Shown one piece after another: positions 40,557-50,542 of a stretch of DNA of 64,000 nt (the stretch's first letter is position 1; the number at the start of each line of letters is the position of its first letter). The stretch spans positions 5,888,001 through 5,952,000 of the forward strand of contig OZ244999.1 of NCBI GenBank assembly GCA_965223265.1, written 5' to 3'. The notes under the pieces were generated by a model. That model did not search any database, had not been told where the DNA came from, and saw nothing but the letters and a program-made list of their open reading frames with translations. Both the position numbers and the translations under genes were made by a program. This DNA comes from Planctomycetota bacterium. Its GTDB lineage: Bacteria > Planctomycetota > UBA8108 > SXIK01.

Positions 40557-41922
40557 TTAACGACTCGCCGCACCAAAGTAGCAGGCACACTCCCGTGTGC
40601 CGTCCACTCCTCGCTCCAGCAACGGCACGCGGAGCGTGCCTGCTACTTTGCGTGAGCGTGCACAAGGTTTTCTCGAAAAACAGAAAATCGCCAGCTTAAC
40701 GACTCGCCGCACCAAAGTAGCAGGCACACTCCCGTGTGCCGTCCACTCCTCGCTCCAGCAACGGCACGCGGAGCGTGCCTGCTACTTTGCGTGAGCGTGC
40801 ACAAGGTTTTCTCGAAAAACAGAAAACCGCCAGCTTAACGACTCGCCGCACCAAAGTAGCAGGCACACTCCCGTGTGCCGTCCACTCCTCGCTCCAGCAA
40901 CGGCACGCGGAGCGTGCCTGCTACTTTGCGTGAGCGTGCACAAGGTTTTCTCGAAAAACAGAAAATCGCCAGCTTAACGACTCGCCGCACCAAAGTAGTA
41001 GGCACACTCCCGTGTGCCGTCCACTCCTCGCTCCAGCAACGGCACGCGGAGCGTGCCTGCTACTTTGCGTGAGCGTGCACAAGGTTTTCTCGAAAAACAG
41101 AAAACCGCCAGCTTAACGACTCGCCGCACCAAAGTAGCAGGCACACTCCCGTGTGCCGTCCACTCCTCGCTCCAGCAACGGCACGCGGAGCGTGCCTGCT
41201 ACTTTGCGTGAGCGTGCACAAGGTTTTCTCGAAAAACAGAAAACCGCCAGCTTAACGACTCGCCGCACCAAAGTAGTAGGCACACTCCCGTGTGCCGTCC
41301 ACTCCTCGCTCCAGCAACGGCACGCGGAGCGTGCCTGCTACTTTGCGTGAGCGTGCACAAGGTTTTCTCGAAAAACAGAAAACCGCCAGCTTAACGACTC
41401 GCCGCACCAAAGTAGCAGGCACACTCCCGTGTGCCGTCCACTCCTCGCTCCAGCAACCGCGGAGCGTGCCTGCTACTTTGCGTGAGCGTGCACAAGGTTT
41501 TCTCGAAAAACAGAAAACCGCCAGCTTAACGACTCGCCGCACCAAAGTAGCAGGCGCACTCCCGTGTGCCGTCCACTCCTCGCTCCAGCAACCGCGGAGC
41601 GTGCCTGCTACTTTGCGTGAGCGTGCACAAGGTTTTCTCGAAAAACAGAAAACCGCCAGCTTAACGACTCGCCGCACCAAAGTAGCAGGCACACTCCCGT
41701 GTGCCGTCCACTCCTCGCTCCAGCAACGGCACGCGGAGCGTGCCTGCTACTTTGCGTGAGCGTGCACAAGGTTTTCTCGAAAAACAGAAAACCGCCAGCT
41801 TAACGACTCGCCGCACCAACGTAGTAGGCACACTCCCGTGTGCCGTCCACTCCTCGCTCCAGCAACGGCACGCGGAGCGTGCCTGCTACTTTTGCGGAAC
41901 GGCACGCGGAGCGTGCCTGCTA
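40557..41922. repeat. Tandem array of 139-bp units (9 full + 1 partial), each a GTAG-type REP doublet plus a constant spacer
   Basis: Units start at 40557, 40696, 40835, 40974, 41113, 41252, 41391, 41526, 41661 and 41800. Core: CAAAGTAGCAGGCACACTCCCGTGTGCCGT..ACGGCACGCGGAGCGTGCCTGCTACTTTG. Confidence 0.97.
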
Positions 41923-41993
41923 CAAAGTGCTGCTAACGCGCTCCTATTTACGCCGTTGCATTGCATGGATTCTACTGCGCCCGCAGCCGACGA

Positions 41994-42395
41994 TCACGCC
42001 GCCGCTGTCTCGAGGAGTCTCTTGAGCTGAACGATTTCCTTCTCGAGGCCTCGGATGCTCGCTGCGAACGTCTCCTCATCTTCGTCTGGCGCTTGCAGCA
42101 GCAGAAAGTGTACGAGCGTGAGACCGTTCGGGAGCGCGACGACGCGAGCCGGAAGGATCCCCATACGATCCGTGGATGGACCGGCCCAGAGATCGACGAC
42201 GCCAGACTCTGCGTGACTCGTGATCGCCAGAATCAACTCGCCTCCTTTGGTACGAACGATGTACTCGTCTCCGGTCGTGCGCATCGACTGACAAAATTCA
42301 GTCGCCCAGACCGAAACATTCTCGGGCTTCTCCAGAAACCGGAAGACGCTGTCGGTCGGGGCTGAGATCAATGTCGCGATGCTGTGGGTTTTCAT
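41994..42395 (-). CDS. SRPBCC/START-like protein
   Basis: ISAPTDSVFRFLEKPENVSVWA; C-terminal helix LKRLLE. Confidence 0.8.
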   Translation of the reverse strand: MKTHSIATLISAPTDSVFRFLEKPENVSVWATEFCQSMRTTGDEYIVRTKGGELILAITSHAESGVVDLWAGPSTDRMGILPARVVALPNGLTLVHFLLLQAPDEDEETFAASIRGLEKEIVQLKRLLETAAA

Positions 42396-42790
42396 GGATG
42401 ACTCCTCTCCGGCTGTGCTTCGTGCTTGAGAGCACGGATCTGTAGAATAGCGAAACCCGCGACGACAAACGCCACCGCGAAGACGACGCTACGGCCAAAC
42501 GAGTTGAAGAGCTGCGGCCAGACGAACAAGGCTAGCAGGCTTCCAAAGACCCAACCGACATCGCTCGCGACAACCAGCAACGCCCGAGACTTCGCGATCG
42601 GAGTTCGTCGCGAGAGCAAAGCGAGATCGACAGCGAAGACGAGTAGCCCAGCGCCCACGAGCATGAGGACCCACGGCCGCTCGAAACCGAGCCTCTCGGC
42701 GACAAAACGGGCCAAAACCAGGAGAATGGCGCCCGCGGCTGCGGAGAAGATCGCGTTCGCACGCAACGTCGACGCTAATTGAGATTTCAA
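42392..42790 (-). CDS. Four-TM membrane protein
   Basis: LRANAIFS..D.GWV.GS hydrophobic pattern; ATGA overlap with the SRPBCC gene. Confidence 0.75.
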   Translation of the reverse strand: MKSQLASTLRANAIFSAAAGAILLVLARFVAERLGFERPWVLMLVGAGLLVFAVDLALLSRRTPIAKSRALLVVASDVGWVFGSLLALFVWPQLFNSFGRSVVFAVAFVVAGFAILQIRALKHEAQPERSHP

Positions 42791-42915
42791 GATCGGCCTC
42801 CTTTCTGATCCGACGACCCCTCACTCACCAAGACTTCCGATCGAGGCACGAGCGAGAGTTCCTCGAGTTTCCGGTGCTTGATGATCAAAGAGCGCTTTTC
42901 CGTGTCTCTCCACCC

Positions 42916-42944
42916 TTAGACACGGGCTCGGCGCGACTGTGACA
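42916..42944 (-). promoter_or_regulatory. Candidate ECF promoter
   Basis: TGTCACA-N15-TGTCTAA upstream of the membrane/SRPBCC/ECF gene run. Confidence 0.55.
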
Positions 42945-43074
42945 GAAGTCCGCGATTTTTTCGAAGTGCTTGGAGCCCATGCGCTGCGGGGCTGGGAGGG
43001 ATCGACGGGTTCCTGGCGACCCGAGTCGAGCAGGACCGCAGAGGCTGTTATGCGGCACCGTCGTCACCGGTTAA

Positions 43075-43234
43075 CAGCCTGTTGAAAAAGTGCTTCGAGC
43101 CGAAAACTGGTCTCTTCGCGTCCAGATCGGCTGCGGCAAACGGAGGCAATCTTCGGGATTTTCGAGTATTGACGCGGTCGAGCTGGGCGTGAAGAGGCCA
43201 GTTTCTTCGGCCGAATGACTTTTTCAACGGGCTG
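43075..43234. mobile_element. 160-bp MITE with 17-bp TIRs and TTAA flanks
   Basis: TTAA|CAGCCTGTTGAAAAAGT...ACTTTTTCAACGGGCTG|TTAA; extended internal palindrome; a second CAGCCTGTTGAA follows at 43239. Confidence 0.85.
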
Positions 43235-43370
43235 TTAACAGCCTGTTGAAGACCTCGATCGGGAAGCTAGTCGTCTCACGCGTCCGAGGCACCTCACCGA
43301 TCCGACCACCCTACGGCTCGGGCCGCTGACCTCCGGACCGCGAGTCGAAAATCTGAAGGGAGCGCCTTTG

Positions 43371-43692
43371 ATGGATCCTGCAGCAACTTACACCGTGTGG
43401 AGCTATGTCGTTTATCTCGCCCTCAGCCTAGCCCTGACGGTCTGGGTAGCGCGCACGCTTTCAAAGAACGGTCGGTTCTTCCTCGTTGACGCCTTTGGCG
43501 GCGACACGAAACTCGCTGACTCGGTGAACCACCTGCTCGTGGTTGGGTTCTACTTGATCAACATCGGTTACGTCACCCTGGCGCTCAAGTACGGCGACAA
43601 GCCGGCCGATCTCACGAGCGCCTTCGAATTCTGTGCCACCAAAGTTGGGCTGGTACTCGTCGTCCTTGGGGTCATGCACTTTTTCAACGTTC
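43371..43692 (+). pseudogene. Conserved small membrane protein truncated by an IS91 fragment
   Basis: LSKNG..FL.D.FGG...LADSVNHLLVVGFYLINIG..KVG...LG.MHFFN, then the antisense of the transposase. Confidence 0.7.
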
Positions 43693-43988
43693 ACTCTAGC
43701 GACAAAGACTCGCACCTCGTGGAGGGAGACGGCGCTTTGCGGACTGAGGAATCCGTAGTGACGCACCTTCTGTAGCCCCCGAGGTAGGACGTGCTGGAGG
43801 AAGCGGCGGATGAACTCCAGAGCATCGAGCTCCATGGTCCGCCACCGCCGACTGCCCGACTTCTTCCAGCGAAAGCGAACGCGACCATCGTCGCAGGAGA
43901 CGATGCGGGCATTGGAGATCGCTACGCGAAAGACGTAGCGTGATAGATACGTGAGTGTCGATTCGCCGTCACCGACGGCGCGCGAGTC
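43690..43988 (-). pseudogene. IS91-family (Y2) transposase C-terminal fragment
   Basis: DSRAVGDGESTLTYLSRYVFRVAISNARI...EFIRRFLQHVLPRGLQKVRHYGFL. Confidence 0.88.
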
Positions 43989-44144
43989 GCCGCTGCCTCT
44001 CCCTCTGACCTCGCCGTCAAATCGAAGCGTTTCCCATCACGTCCGACGGTCGCTCCTGCGGCCAACGAGGAGCCGCGAGGCTCCTTGAACTCAGGATTTG
44101 GACTCGGCTTCGCTCGCCCAAATCCTCGCGAGTTCCGACGGCTG

Positions 44145-45539
44145 CTATACCAGCTCGCGCAGCGGAACGATCCCTTCGGCGATGGGCGCCTGCGGCCGTC
44201 CCCGAAGGTCGAAGAGGCGGTCACGCGCGGGTGCGTCGAGGAGTCCGAGGTTATGAAAGAGTGTCGCGAAAACCTCGTGGAACTTCACCGGCCGGTCCTT
44301 GGGCTCCGCCGCATGGCCATCGGTCGAGCCGATGACCTGGCCGTGTTTCATGCCGCCGCCAGCCAGAATCGAAAAGTTCGCTTTCGGCCAGTGATCGCGT
44401 CCGGCATTGCCGTTGATCTTTGGGGTGCGTCCGAACTCGCCCCAGCAGACGACGGAAACGTCTCGGTCGAGTCCGCGGGCATGAAGGTCGCTCACGAGAG
44501 CGGTGAGCGCTTGATCGAGTAGCGGCACATCCTCACGGGCCCGGCGGAAGTTGTTCCCATGCCAGTCCCAACGGCTGAAGTTGAGCGTCACGTAGCGAGC
44601 GCCGGCCTCGATGAGCCGGCGAGCGACGAGAAAGTTCGTCGTCACACGAGGCGCTCCGTCGGCGACGAAGTCGGCGTTCGGTGGGCCGTAACGCTCTATG
44701 ACCTTTGGGTCTTCGCGGGAAATATCAAGAGCATCGGCAAGCTTCGACGACGTGAGAATGCCCAGCGCCTGCGAGGTGAACTCGTCGAGCGCGACCATAC
44801 CACCCGCCGCATCGGCGTCGCGTCGAAAACGGTCGAGCGAGATGCGAAGGCGGTTGCGATCTTGCAGCCGATCCAACGAGATGCCCTTGAGCACCATGTC
44901 TTGCGCAGATTCGGCCAGACCCTTTCCGTCCCGGCCCTTTTTGCCATCGACGAGCCGAAACGGGCCATGTGCAAACCCCAGAAAGCCGCCAGTTCCCGGA
45001 TCGCCCCAGCGTCTTTCGATGGTGGGATACATCAGCGACAGGTGGGGTGGCACCTCCGGCGTCGCGGGACCGGCCCAGCGCGAGATCCACGCTCCGATCG
45101 ACGGTCGCCCGCCGGCCGGCGGGTTGTTCTCCTCGCGTGCGTAACCAGTGACGCACTGATAGAGATCGTGGCGCGGCTGCGAGTCGGCCATGGAGCGGAT
45201 GATCGTGAACTTGTCCATCATCCTCGCCAGACGCGGCATGAGCTCGCTGATCTGGACGCCGTCGACGTTGGTGTCGATCGGCTGAAACTCGCCGCGCACT
45301 TCTGACGGCGCATCCGGCTTGAGGTCCACCATATCCTGATGTGGCGCCCCACCCGGGAGGAGGACGTTGATGATCGATTTGTGAGAGCTCCCAACGCCGG
45401 AGCGAGCCTCGGCCCGCAGGAGAGCAGGAAGCGACGCGCCGAGACCAGCCGACGCCAAGGTACCTACGCGAATAAAGTCACGACGCGAGATGCCGTCGCA
45501 AAAGTTACCCGAAGTCGCCGGACCGAGGATCGTAAGCAC
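44145..45539 (-). CDS. DUF1501 protein
   Basis: CDGISRRDFI, GGAPHQDMVDLKPDAP, WDWH, WGEFGRTP, GRDHWP. Confidence 0.93.
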   Translation of the reverse strand: MLTILGPATSGNFCDGISRRDFIRVGTLASAGLGASLPALLRAEARSGVGSSHKSIINVLLPGGAPHQDMVDLKPDAPSEVRGEFQPIDTNVDGVQISELMPRLARMMDKFTIIRSMADSQPRHDLYQCVTGYAREENNPPAGGRPSIGAWISRWAGPATPEVPPHLSLMYPTIERRWGDPGTGGFLGFAHGPFRLVDGKKGRDGKGLAESAQDMVLKGISLDRLQDRNRLRISLDRFRRDADAAGGMVALDEFTSQALGILTSSKLADALDISREDPKVIERYGPPNADFVADGAPRVTTNFLVARRLIEAGARYVTLNFSRWDWHGNNFRRAREDVPLLDQALTALVSDLHARGLDRDVSVVCWGEFGRTPKINGNAGRDHWPKANFSILAGGGMKHGQVIGSTDGHAAEPKDRPVKFHEVFATLFHNLGLLDAPARDRLFDLRGRPQAPIAEGIVPLRELV

Positions 45540-45819
45540 GAGCGTCGTACCTCCTGTGCTGGATCGAAGACACACCTTGGTAGAACCCAGGGCATCTTAA
45601 CCGAACGGTTCTCTCGATCAAGCGGGGAGAAGGCTTGGAGCCGGCTTCTGCGTCCCTGCAAAATCAAGGTCTTTGACAATTCCGTCGACTGATCTTGGTT
45701 CCAGGAGATCTCTTCTGAGCCGGCGCCGGAGCCGAGACCGGATCATCCGGGCTCTCGGAGAAGAGCGGATCGAATCGAGGAAGAGATCTCCTGGCAATGT
45801 GGCTCGCGTGAACGTTCGC

Positions 45820-46740
45820 TCACCTGACCGCGACATCTCTGCTGCCAAACGCCTCGCCGAGCGCCTTCACGGCCACGTCCGTTGTCACGACAGCACTCGC
45901 CATATAGCGGAAGTTGGTCAACGCTGCCTGGTAGCCGTCGCCGGCCGGGACCTTCGCCGCAGCGCTGGCGTCCTCGACAACCGCCACCTCAAAGCCCTGC
46001 TCCAGCAACGCGCGCATGTGGGATTCCGTGCAGAGGTTGGCGGACATGCCGGCGAGAATGACCTTGTCGATGCCCTGCTTCCTCAGCTGCAGGACGAGGT
46101 CGTTGCTATCGGGACCGTAGACCTTGTGGGGACTCGTCACTGTCGTCCCCCGATTCTGGATGTACGGCTTGTATCGTTCGAGCCAGTCGGCGCCCGACCC
46201 TTCGAAGCCCTCCAGGCTCAGCGGATCCTCGCGGTCGAACATCTGGATGTTGTGCATCAGCGCCTCGAGCGCACCCTCGAACTTCCAGCCGTGGTCGTGG
46301 GGATAATAGTAGTGCGGCGACACGAAGACCGGGATGTCGAACTTCTTCGCCACCTTGAAGAGAGATTCGATGTTCTCGACCGTGTGGTTCTCGGTGACAC
46401 TTTCGCCAACCACTCCCCAGCTGACACCTTCGGGACTGAGGAAATCGTGCTGCGGATCAGTGATCACGATAGCGGTCCGCCCCGGATCGAGAACCATCCC
46501 CGGCTTCGGCAGTCCGAGGTCGCCTGACGTGATCAGTTTCACTGCGCGGTTCGCGTCGACCGACGTGGGTGCCGTTCCAGATTCTTCGGAAGGCCTCGCG
46601 CCGGGCGCTTTCATCGCTTCACTCCGCTCCATCGCTACAGAAGGCGCGTTGGTTTCCTTCGTGACTGCGCAGCTACTCCCGAGAAGGCTCATACCGACGA
46701 TGCTGACCGTGAAAGCGGTGGAGAACGTCTTCGTGAACAT
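45820..46740 (-). CDS. Isochorismatase-family cysteine hydrolase with lipoprotein signal
   Basis: LLGSS-C lipobox-like; TDPQHDF (Asp), PHK (Lys), GMSANLC (Cys). Confidence 0.85.
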   Translation of the reverse strand: MFTKTFSTAFTVSIVGMSLLGSSCAVTKETNAPSVAMERSEAMKAPGARPSEESGTAPTSVDANRAVKLITSGDLGLPKPGMVLDPGRTAIVITDPQHDFLSPEGVSWGVVGESVTENHTVENIESLFKVAKKFDIPVFVSPHYYYPHDHGWKFEGALEALMHNIQMFDREDPLSLEGFEGSGADWLERYKPYIQNRGTTVTSPHKVYGPDSNDLVLQLRKQGIDKVILAGMSANLCTESHMRALLEQGFEVAVVEDASAAAKVPAGDGYQAALTNFRYMASAVVTTDVAVKALGEAFGSRDVAVR

Positions 46741-47271
46741 GAGACGGATCCTTTCTATTTGTGGGCGAATCACCCGAGTCGACCTTTCGTTCGTACCTTG
46801 CCAAGCTTCGCGAGGGCTGTCCGGGAACCCGTTTGTTCGCGGGTCGCGATGCTCGGATCGAAGGCTTTGAAGTGTGGGATGCACGCCTCCTTTCGTTTCG
46901 TCACTCTGATGGACCAATCAAGGCGGCTGTGGCGGCTGTCCCAAGAAGCACGGTTCGTGCCATCCAACCTCACACTTCGTAAGCCACCGCCGAGACGAGG
47001 CTTGTGGGCCCGTCCGTACGCCCACGGCGTGACGTGAGATTCGAAGTTCCATGAAAAGCCGTTGAAGGAGCACGAGATTTCATGGAATCTGTGCCGTGAA
47101 CATCGAGGCGGAACTGGAGTTGGAATCACTGACCTGCCTGCTCACGGAGTCGGGAGCGGATCCGTTGCCGTTGATCTTCCTCATGCGGCTTCGCCACCCG
47201 AGGCACCGGGAACTCAGCTTAGGTCCGATTCCATTCCGCGAGCATCTCGACTCAAAAGGAGGAACGGCAGA

Positions 47272-48384
47272 ATGAACTACGAGCGGTGGAGTCGGTTAGA
47301 AAGTGCGGCGCTTGTCGTCGTCACTGGACTGTTTTTTTGCGGCGTCGTCGTGGGCGAAGAAGCTTCCCCGTGGGAAAAAGCCAACCCCATTCTGCCGATC
47401 CCGGCTCCCCCACTCGGAATCGGCACCGATGAGGGCGCGCCCGCCAAGCTGACGGACTTTTCCGATCCGCCGACACCCGAGCGTGTCCGCCTGGGCCGCT
47501 GGCTCTTTTTCGACAAGCGTCTCTCTGCGGACAACACCATCGCCTGCGCCACGTGCCACAAACCCGAGCACGCCTTCTCCGAACCCACGCCCGTGTCAAC
47601 CGGCATCGACGGACAGAAAGGCGGACGCAAAGCACCCTCGTTCGTTAACCAGGCGTGGACGCCGCTGCCGCACTTCTTTTGGGATGGACGCGCCGCCTCG
47701 CTAGAAGAGCAAGCCGGCGGGCCGATGATTAATCCCATCGAGATGGGCAACAAGAATCACGATGTCGTCGTTGCCAAGATCGCCGCCATTTCCAGCTATC
47801 CGAAGTACTTCAAAGAGGCATTCGGCAGCGAGGAGGTGACGATTGAGCGTATGACGAAAGCGATCGCGGACTACGAGCGCACGCGCATGAGCGGCAACTC
47901 AGCTTGGGACCGATGGCGTGCGGGCGACGACAACGCCGTATCCGATGACGTCAAGAAGGGACACAGGCTCTTTTTCGGCAACGCTTTCTGTAGCAACTGC
48001 CATCTGGGCCAGAACCTGACGGACAGCAAGTTTCACAACCTCGGCGTCGGCTGGGATCCTCAGGCAAAAAAGTTCGCCGACGAGGGCCGCTATGCCGTCA
48101 CAAAGATGCCAGCTGACAGGGGCGCCTTCAAAACGCCCTCGCTCCGGGACGTCAGCAAACGCGCTCCCTACATGCACGACGGATCGGTGAAGACGCTGGA
48201 GGAGGTGGTGAAGTTCTACAGCAAAGGCGGCCAGCCGAATCCTCACCTATCGCGAAAGATCGACCGACGCTTCGCCGAACAGCTGGACTTCAGCGATCAG
48301 CAGGTCAACCAGCTCGTCAAATTCATGGAGGCGCTCGATGGCGAAGGTTATCAAGACACCGCGCCAGCGGCGTTTCCGCAGTAG
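47272..48384 (+). CDS. Di-heme cytochrome c peroxidase (bCcP/MauG family)
   Basis: LFFDKRLS..CATCH, FFWDGRA, CSNCH, FKTPSLR, PYMHDG. Confidence 0.93.
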   Translation: MNYERWSRLESAALVVVTGLFFCGVVVGEEASPWEKANPILPIPAPPLGIGTDEGAPAKLTDFSDPPTPERVRLGRWLFFDKRLSADNTIACATCHKPEHAFSEPTPVSTGIDGQKGGRKAPSFVNQAWTPLPHFFWDGRAASLEEQAGGPMINPIEMGNKNHDVVVAKIAAISSYPKYFKEAFGSEEVTIERMTKAIADYERTRMSGNSAWDRWRAGDDNAVSDDVKKGHRLFFGNAFCSNCHLGQNLTDSKFHNLGVGWDPQAKKFADEGRYAVTKMPADRGAFKTPSLRDVSKRAPYMHDGSVKTLEEVVKFYSKGGQPNPHLSRKIDRRFAEQLDFSDQQVNQLVKFMEALDGEGYQDTAPAAFPQ

Positions 48385-48447
48385 GGACACGATATCGCGG
48401 GACTCGGTCCCCGCTTGCATGACAGCGTCGAGGATCTGAGGGTAAGG

Positions 48448-49707
48448 ATGCGCTTTTCGCTTTTTTCAGTGATCGTCGTCAGTGCTACGCTCTCGCTCTC
48501 TGCGGACGACCATTGGTCGCAATTTCGCGGGCCTGCGGGAGACGGTCACGCTCGAGCGGCCGAACCTCCTCTGAAGTGGAGCGAGACCGAGAACGTCGTC
48601 TGGAAGACTCCCATCCATGACCGAGGCTGGTCGTCTCCAGTGATCTGGAAAAGTCAAATATGGATGACGACAGCGCTTCGGAGCGGGCACAAGCTTTTCG
48701 CCATTTGTGTCGATCGGGATTCCGGCGAGATCGTCCACGACATTCACCTCTTTGATGTCGAGGACCCCCAGCGCATCGCGGCCATCAACTCCTTCGCCTC
48801 CCCCACACCGGTCATCGAAGAAGGGCGGGTGTATGTTCACTATGGAACGTATGGCACCGCGTGCCTAGATTCTTCCACAGGAGACCTCCTCTGGAGTCGT
48901 CGCGACCTGAAGTGCGATCACGAGGCGGGGGCAGGGCCGGGTAGCTCTCCCTTTCTTGTCGGCGATCGACTGGTCATGAACGTCGACGGACGTGACGTCC
49001 AGTACGTGATCGCGCTCGACAAGACCACTGGAGACACCGCGTGGAAGACAACACGCTCGGTCGACTACAGCGACACGGCGGTCAACCAGCGTAAGGCCTA
49101 TTGCATGCCAATCCTCATCCCTCGGGGAACCGGGAAGCAGCTCGTCAGTACAGGCGCTAAGGCGGTGATCGCATATGACGCTGCGACGGGCAAAGAATTG
49201 TGGAAGGTGCGCCATCGCGGCTGGTCGATCGCGCCGCGTCCGGTTTTCGGTTTCGGACTGGTCTTCGTGATCATGGATCACGACCATCCGGAGCTCTGGG
49301 CTATTCGGCCTGACGGCAGCGGCGACGTGACGGAGAGCCATGTCGCTTGGAAGGAGAAGCGAGGCATGCCTTCGCGAGCGTCGCCGCTACTTGTCGACGA
49401 CCTTCTTTTCCTCGTCAACCATAACGGCATCACAAGTTGCCTTGAGGCCAAGACTGGAGATCTTGTCTGGAAGCGCCGGCTCGAAGGCGACTATTCAGCG
49501 TCTCCCATTTACGCCAGAGGGCGCATCTATTTCTTCAACGAAAATGCTGTCTGCACCGTGATCAAGGCGTCGCGGCAGTTTGAAATCTTGGCCGTCAATG
49601 CGGTGGCCAAAGAAGAGCTCATGGCGAGTCCTGCAGCCGCCGGCAAGTCGCTCTTCATCCGCACAGAGAAGCATCTCTACTGCGTCAAGGGCTCGTCTTC
49701 GTTCTGA
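48448..49707 (+). CDS. PQQ-binding-like beta-propeller protein
   Basis: WSQFRGP, WSETENVVWK, WSSPV, repeated D..TG..W, ASP motifs. Confidence 0.9.
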   Translation: MRFSLFSVIVVSATLSLSADDHWSQFRGPAGDGHARAAEPPLKWSETENVVWKTPIHDRGWSSPVIWKSQIWMTTALRSGHKLFAICVDRDSGEIVHDIHLFDVEDPQRIAAINSFASPTPVIEEGRVYVHYGTYGTACLDSSTGDLLWSRRDLKCDHEAGAGPGSSPFLVGDRLVMNVDGRDVQYVIALDKTTGDTAWKTTRSVDYSDTAVNQRKAYCMPILIPRGTGKQLVSTGAKAVIAYDAATGKELWKVRHRGWSIAPRPVFGFGLVFVIMDHDHPELWAIRPDGSGDVTESHVAWKEKRGMPSRASPLLVDDLLFLVNHNGITSCLEAKTGDLVWKRRLEGDYSASPIYARGRIYFFNENAVCTVIKASRQFEILAVNAVAKEELMASPAAAGKSLFIRTEKHLYCVKGSSSF

Positions 49708-49960
49708 GCTTGGGGGCCGTGTCATCCGACGAGCACCGAATGGGGCTCCTGCGAGCACTCCGCTGCCTGCGACGTGAAACGGCGAACCCAACAGCGTCGT
49801 TCTGACCTCGGGGGCGCGCGAACGAAAAGCCGACGTCAGGGATCAGCGCCGCCGTCACTGTCGTTCAGATGACGGCTAAGGCCGACCGATCATTTCACCC
49901 TGCAGATCTGTCACGACGCTGAAAAAAATCGAAATAGAGTTTGACTTCAGAACAGCCTGA

Positions 49961-49974
49961 GTTGTATATACAAC
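49961..49974. promoter_or_regulatory. MarR operator 1, overlapping the -10 region
   Basis: Perfect palindrome GTTGTATATACAAC; TTGACT at 49941. Confidence 0.8.
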
Positions 49975-49975
49975 C

Positions 49976-50458
49976 ATGTTGATTCAGGAGCGACTTATGG
50001 CACGGACAAGACCTCAATCCAAACAATCAGCAGCCGACGTGATGGCGAGCGAATGCCTCGCCGTGCGCGTCCGACTGTTGAATCGCACCATCACTGGGAT
50101 CTATGACGACGCTCTGCGCCCACTGGGTGTGACGGTGGGGCAGCTGAACGTTCTCGTCGCGGTCGCAAGGCTAGGGCCGATTTCACCGGGCGCGGTGGCA
50201 CGGCGATTGAACATGGAAAAATCGACACTCAGCCGTAACGTGGACCGCATGCGCGGTCACGGGTGGCTTGTTGTGACGCGACAGTCCGGTCGCAACCAAA
50301 CTCTCGAGGTCAGTCCCAAGGGTCGCAAGCTGCTCGAGAAGGCCGCCCCGCTTTGGGAGGAAGCACAGGAGGAAACCAAAGCGGTTCTGGGCCAGCGCGG
50401 TGCTCGCTCGCTTCATCGCGCTGCTGATTCGGTCTGGACACAGATAGGAACGGAATGA
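49976..50458 (+). CDS. MarR-family regulator
   Basis: ECLAVRVR..R.IT.IYDDALRPLG.T.GQ..MEKSTLSRN; start may be 49997. Confidence 0.9.
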   Translation: MLIQERLMARTRPQSKQSAADVMASECLAVRVRLLNRTITGIYDDALRPLGVTVGQLNVLVAVARLGPISPGAVARRLNMEKSTLSRNVDRMRGHGWLVVTRQSGRNQTLEVSPKGRKLLEKAAPLWEEAQEETKAVLGQRGARSLHRAADSVWTQIGTE

Positions 50459-50479
50459 TTCGATTTTTTTTTCACCTAT

Positions 50480-50495
50480 AGTTGTATATACAACT
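50480..50495. promoter_or_regulatory. MarR operator 2
   Basis: AGTTGTATATACAACT, identical core to 49961-49974. Confidence 0.8.
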
Positions 50496-50542
50496 TATCA
50501 GTGTTGCAAGTCGAGAACTCGAAGTCGATGGGAGGTGAACCC

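Noticed and set aside
40557-41922. CRISPR array
   Set aside because: The spacers are identical rather than unique, the 139-bp period is too long, and no cas genes are present.
40597-42030. Repeated 65-aa ORFs in the array (and ORFs in the 52.4-52.8 kb repeats)
   Set aside because: By-products of non-coding palindromic repeats; the 139-bp period is not a multiple of 3.
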